From Azolla caroliniana (taxonomy: Eukaryota > Plantae > Polypodiophyta): 64,000 nt of DNA. Shown in pieces: positions 60,561-64,000 of the stretch (within the stretch, counting starts at the first letter, position 1; each line of letters begins with the position of its first letter). The notes under the pieces were generated by a model. That model was not told where the DNA came from, made no database searches, and worked only from the letters and a program-made list of their open reading frames with translations. The stretch lies in contig JBHGNT010000016.1 in assembly GCA_043228905.1 (NCBI GenBank), positions 15,996,001 through 16,060,000 on the forward strand, given 5' to 3'. The translations under genes and the position numbers were made by a program.

Positions 60561-61739
60561 TTTTACCCTTTTGTCTCTCCAATAAAGAAAAAGCATGCTA
60601 TTGAAAATGACAAGAAAAATTAGTGCAAACACCGCCCAGAACAGAAATATGAGCATAAAAAAAGATGATGACATTTCCTTCTGCTCATTTCAGTGCTTAG
60701 TACTCACTAATTGCCTGTGATTGCGACTCTGAGACATGGAGCTCAGCGATTTGCATGTGGCGCTTCAGCAGTACATTGGATTCGTCATTTGACTGCTTCA
60801 ATTAGGACATTTTCCTCAGTAAATTCTGTCGAATCACATTGTTTTGTTTTACCAACCTCTTGTATCTCTTCAAAGAGTTTTGAGTGCTATCATATAAAGC
60901 ACATTCTTGAATCTTAACATTGATTTCCACAACTATGATTTTCCTGCTAAGTAGGTTACATTACATCATGATTATCTCAAGCATGTACGATTGATTAAGT
61001 TATGATTAGGTCATGACATGGCTGTCGATTATTACCTAGCATTATGTTGTTATTTCCATGGTGGGTATTGACCTACAAACATAGCGGATTAAGACCTAAA
61101 TGTATTAGATGAGAGAATTATGTCCAAGAGAGTACTTTATTAGGATCTTGGGAGATTAGGAGATTTCGGCGCCAATGAAGAATGATTCCCCATGAATTTA
61201 TGTATTAAGTTCATAATAGTGAAACCAACATATGACAACACAAAAAGGAAAGAGTGTAGTTTGCTTGTTAATTATGGTCTGCTCTGCCTGAAGCATCTTA
61301 AAATGTCAAATCACATGATCGAAAGTGGGTGGGTTTCCACATGAGAAAGTGTACCCGAATTTCCTGTTATTGAAGATGAGAAAATGTAAATATGTTATTG
61401 AAGATGATAGAAAGTGCAATCTTCCCTAAATGGGAACACTTTTAAAAAACCTAATTGTGGATGTGTAAGCAATCTTCACTGCATGGAGCAAGAAGAAAGG
61501 GATGTGTAAGCAATCATTCGTTTTTTGCAAGAACATGACATTCTTAACGGATTGTCTCATGGTTAGCCTCTATATTTTTTATTACCATGGGGCTACTAAG
61601 GGGTAATTTTCTTGCATAGTTCTTGATTTTGTTGTGAATGAAAAAAATTATGCATGTTAGTTTCCTAAATTGATCACATAACTATCAATATCCACATGTG
61701 TAGTTTCTCTATATTTGTTTTAGTTTGTAGTACTATTCT

Positions 61740-62323
61740 TTTAAGGATTTCCAAATGATTGGCTTATAAATTGGATTAAACCAATATTTAAAGGCGGAGA
61801 TAAGAATCAAGTATCAAAATATCGTACAATAATGGTGAGGTCAACTATTGCTAAATTATATAGCACTATTATGGAGCAAAAGATAAGTAGATGGGCTGAG
61901 AGTACAAGCAAAAGAGCACTTGGGCAAGCTGGATTTAGACCAAAACACTCCACCGTGGATCATTTGGTCACATTAAGAGTAATCATGGAAGAGAGTCGAC
62001 TACAAGGAAAAACACTTTATTGTTGTTTTGTTGATTTCAAGAAAGCTTTTGATACCGCTCCACGAAGTGAGCTTTGGAATAGAATGGTAGGCATTGACAT
62101 GCCATTAGAGTACTGAGTTGCGGTTGCACGCCTATATGAACAAGTTAAATGACAACTAAAACTGGATAGTGGATTCTCAAAGCACTTTTTAAGTAACATG
62201 GGGATCAAGCAAGGATGTCCACTATCACCCACACTCTTTGTCTTATGTATTGATAAATTAGAAGAAGTGGTGAATAAGATTGCAAGAGAAGAAGGATTGA
62301 ATGACCCCAATTTGATGCAACAT
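61740..62323 (+). mobile_element. Second RTE/RTEX-like LINE RT fragment, interrupted by copia-3
   Basis: YRTIMV, GQAGFRPKHSTVDH, CCFVDFKKAFD, GIKQGCPLSPTLF. Confidence 0.85.
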
Positions 62324-64000
62324 TGTTGAGCGGCAAGCTCAACCGAAGCCAGATCGGCTGAATAAGCCGGAGCCGGTAAGTGAGACGGATCGGGCGAAAC
62401 GGATTGGTATGACAGTGAGCAACCGAACCGGCAAGTAGTGGAGGCCGGGTGCAATCCATAACCGGCAGTCCAATCGGAAGCCTAGAATAGGATAGACTAC
62501 TAGGTATCTATAGTCTCGTAGTAAGTGTCAGATGCTCGTGTGAGCATTGAAGTACATGGTACTTCTGTCAGTCCCAAGAGGACTTGTATAAATAGTGCTA
62601 CTTAGCACAGTGTATACACAGAGTCTTGATATAATTTTGAAATTACGTTCTGCTCTCTTTCTCTCTCTCTCTCTGTGTTGTTCTCTGTTTTACACTTCCG
62701 CAAACACTCACGTTTACATGGTATCAGAGCGCGAGGGTTGAGAACCTCTGCTGCAGACATTTTCTCTTGAGAAGAAAACCCTAACAGGTCGAAAACAGAC
62801 ACAGTAGAAGACATGGATAGAGGCATGGCTACATCGCTCCCGGTGGAGAAGATCGACAGGAGCAACTACGCATCCTGGTCTTACAAGATGCACCAGTACC
62901 TGCTTGGACACGGGTACTGGAGTTATGTCGAAGGAGCAAATGATGCGGCGCCCGACTCGGCACACAAGGACTTCCTGGTATGGGAACAGGCGGCAAGCAG
63001 GGTGATGTACTGCTTCGCGTCCAGTGTTGGCGATCAGCTGCTCAGCCACATCCGTGATGCCAAGACACCGAAGGATGCTTGGGGGAACCTGAAAAAGGTT
63101 TTCACCGCAAGCACCACTGCCCGGAAGCTGCAACTCAGACAGGAGTTGAGCAATGTTCGACAGAAGAACATGTTTGTGGCAGACTACACGGGTCGGATAA
63201 AGGAGATTTGCGACTCACTCGCCTCTATCAAGGTTACCGTAGAGGAAGACGAGATGGTGCAGGTATGTCTCGGAGCCCTGGCGTCCAAGTTCGGAGCATT
63301 CCAGACTGAGGTGTGTACAAGGGAGAATACCCCCTCATTCTTCGACTTACAGTCGATGCTCCTTGTAGAGGAGAACCACGCTGGTGCATCTACCAGTGCA
63401 TCCCCGGACAGCCGAATGCTGTACATGGGAACGGATCGACACTGTGGGCATGGTGGAAGAGGTGGGTCGGCACACAATGGAGGCGGCCGGCAAGAGCAGG
63501 AACGGAGGCCCTATGAGTGTGCTGACAACAGTTCCAGGACTTCCACAAGCAGGGGGAGTCAAGGCGGTGCTGGAGGCCGGAAAGACAAATCCACTACGGA
63601 ATGCTGGTACTGTGGCAAAAAAGGCCACAGGGAAAGCGAGTGCTGGAGAAAGCGTGCCGATTCGGACAAATCCGGATCCAGCAAGACCGGTAAGGATGGT
63701 CGGCAAAACTCGCACTACGCAAACGGATCAGGAGGATTCGGAACCGGAAAGGCCGGTAAGGGACCAACCTTGGTGATGAATCACAAGGCAAACTCAATGA
63801 AGAAGACCACTTCCAAAACGGAGGAAGTGTGGTACGTTGATTCCGGTGCGTCGAACCACATGACGAGCCACAAAGAGTGGTTCTCCTTTCTGGAGAAACC
63901 GGATCAACCAGGAGTAGTCGAAACCGGAGACGACACTCCACACCTAATCGTGCACGTCGGAGAAGTCCCTCTAAGCCATGTCGGATAGAAAGGGAAGCTG
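62324..64000 (+). mobile_element. copia-3, same family as copia-1, running off the window
   Basis: LTR 62324-62718 is the reverse complement of the copia-1 LTR; PBS TGGTATCAGAGC at 62719-62730. Confidence 0.95.
62813..63988 (+). CDS. copia-3 gag-protease, ending in a premature TAG
   Basis: Near-identical to copia-1 gag; CWYCGKKGHRESEC, WYVDSGASNHM; the TAG corresponds to Gln in copia-1. Confidence 0.85.
   Translation: MDRGMATSLPVEKIDRSNYASWSYKMHQYLLGHGYWSYVEGANDAAPDSAHKDFLVWEQAASRVMYCFASSVGDQLLSHIRDAKTPKDAWGNLKKVFTASTTARKLQLRQELSNVRQKNMFVADYTGRIKEICDSLASIKVTVEEDEMVQVCLGALASKFGAFQTEVCTRENTPSFFDLQSMLLVEENHAGASTSASPDSRMLYMGTDRHCGHGGRGGSAHNGGGRQEQERRPYECADNSSRTSTSRGSQGGAGGRKDKSTTECWYCGKKGHRESECWRKRADSDKSGSSKTGKDGRQNSHYANGSGGFGTGKAGKGPTLVMNHKANSMKKTTSKTEEVWYVDSGASNHMTSHKEWFSFLEKPDQPGVVETGDDTPHLIVHVGEVPLSHVG

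Noticed and set aside
59419-60674. 388-aa (+) and 343-aa (-) very hydrophobic ORFs as real membrane proteins
   Set aside because: ATG/ATC-type repeats put T at codon position 2, which cannot form a stop, so both frames stay open by composition.

Overview
Eukaryotic, almost gene-free window made of nested retrotransposons. Microsatellites, C>T nonsense mutations at CAG/CGA codons and the element types suggest a land plant, probably a non-seed plant (inference). Nest 1: a Ty1/copia element (426-23528, -, TSD AATAC) contains a non-chromovirus Ty3/gypsy element A (880-18051, +), whose extra 3' ORF is interrupted by a chromovirus (8170-15280, -, TSD GACAG). Nest 2: a decayed A-like element C (~30070-40900, -) contains a gag-protease-only element D with a tRNA-Trp-like PBS and a ~730-bp foldback, plus a second copia (34782-40228, TSD CTATT). 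Nest 3: an old copia relic contains an internally deleted A-like element E (45381-57152, TSD TGCAT), which contains full-length element B (45929-55751, TSD CTACA). Also present: LINE fragments, small host-gene fragments (CSN9/CSNAP-like, sugar transporter), a His/Cys-rich repeat region and a third copia at the right edge. Main finding: all four A-like 3' ends in the window lack a polypurine tract. In its place, 2 nt before the 3' LTR (about 5 nt in relic F), is a conserved sequence ending in CCA that resembles a tRNA-Arg 3' end (GTCCCACGGGCGTGCCA), preceded by a covarying hairpin and a T-loop-like motif. This looks like a second, inverted primer-binding site, suggesting tRNA (or tRNA-mimic) priming of the plus strand. 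The same family encodes an uncharacterised ~890-aa sense ORF2.
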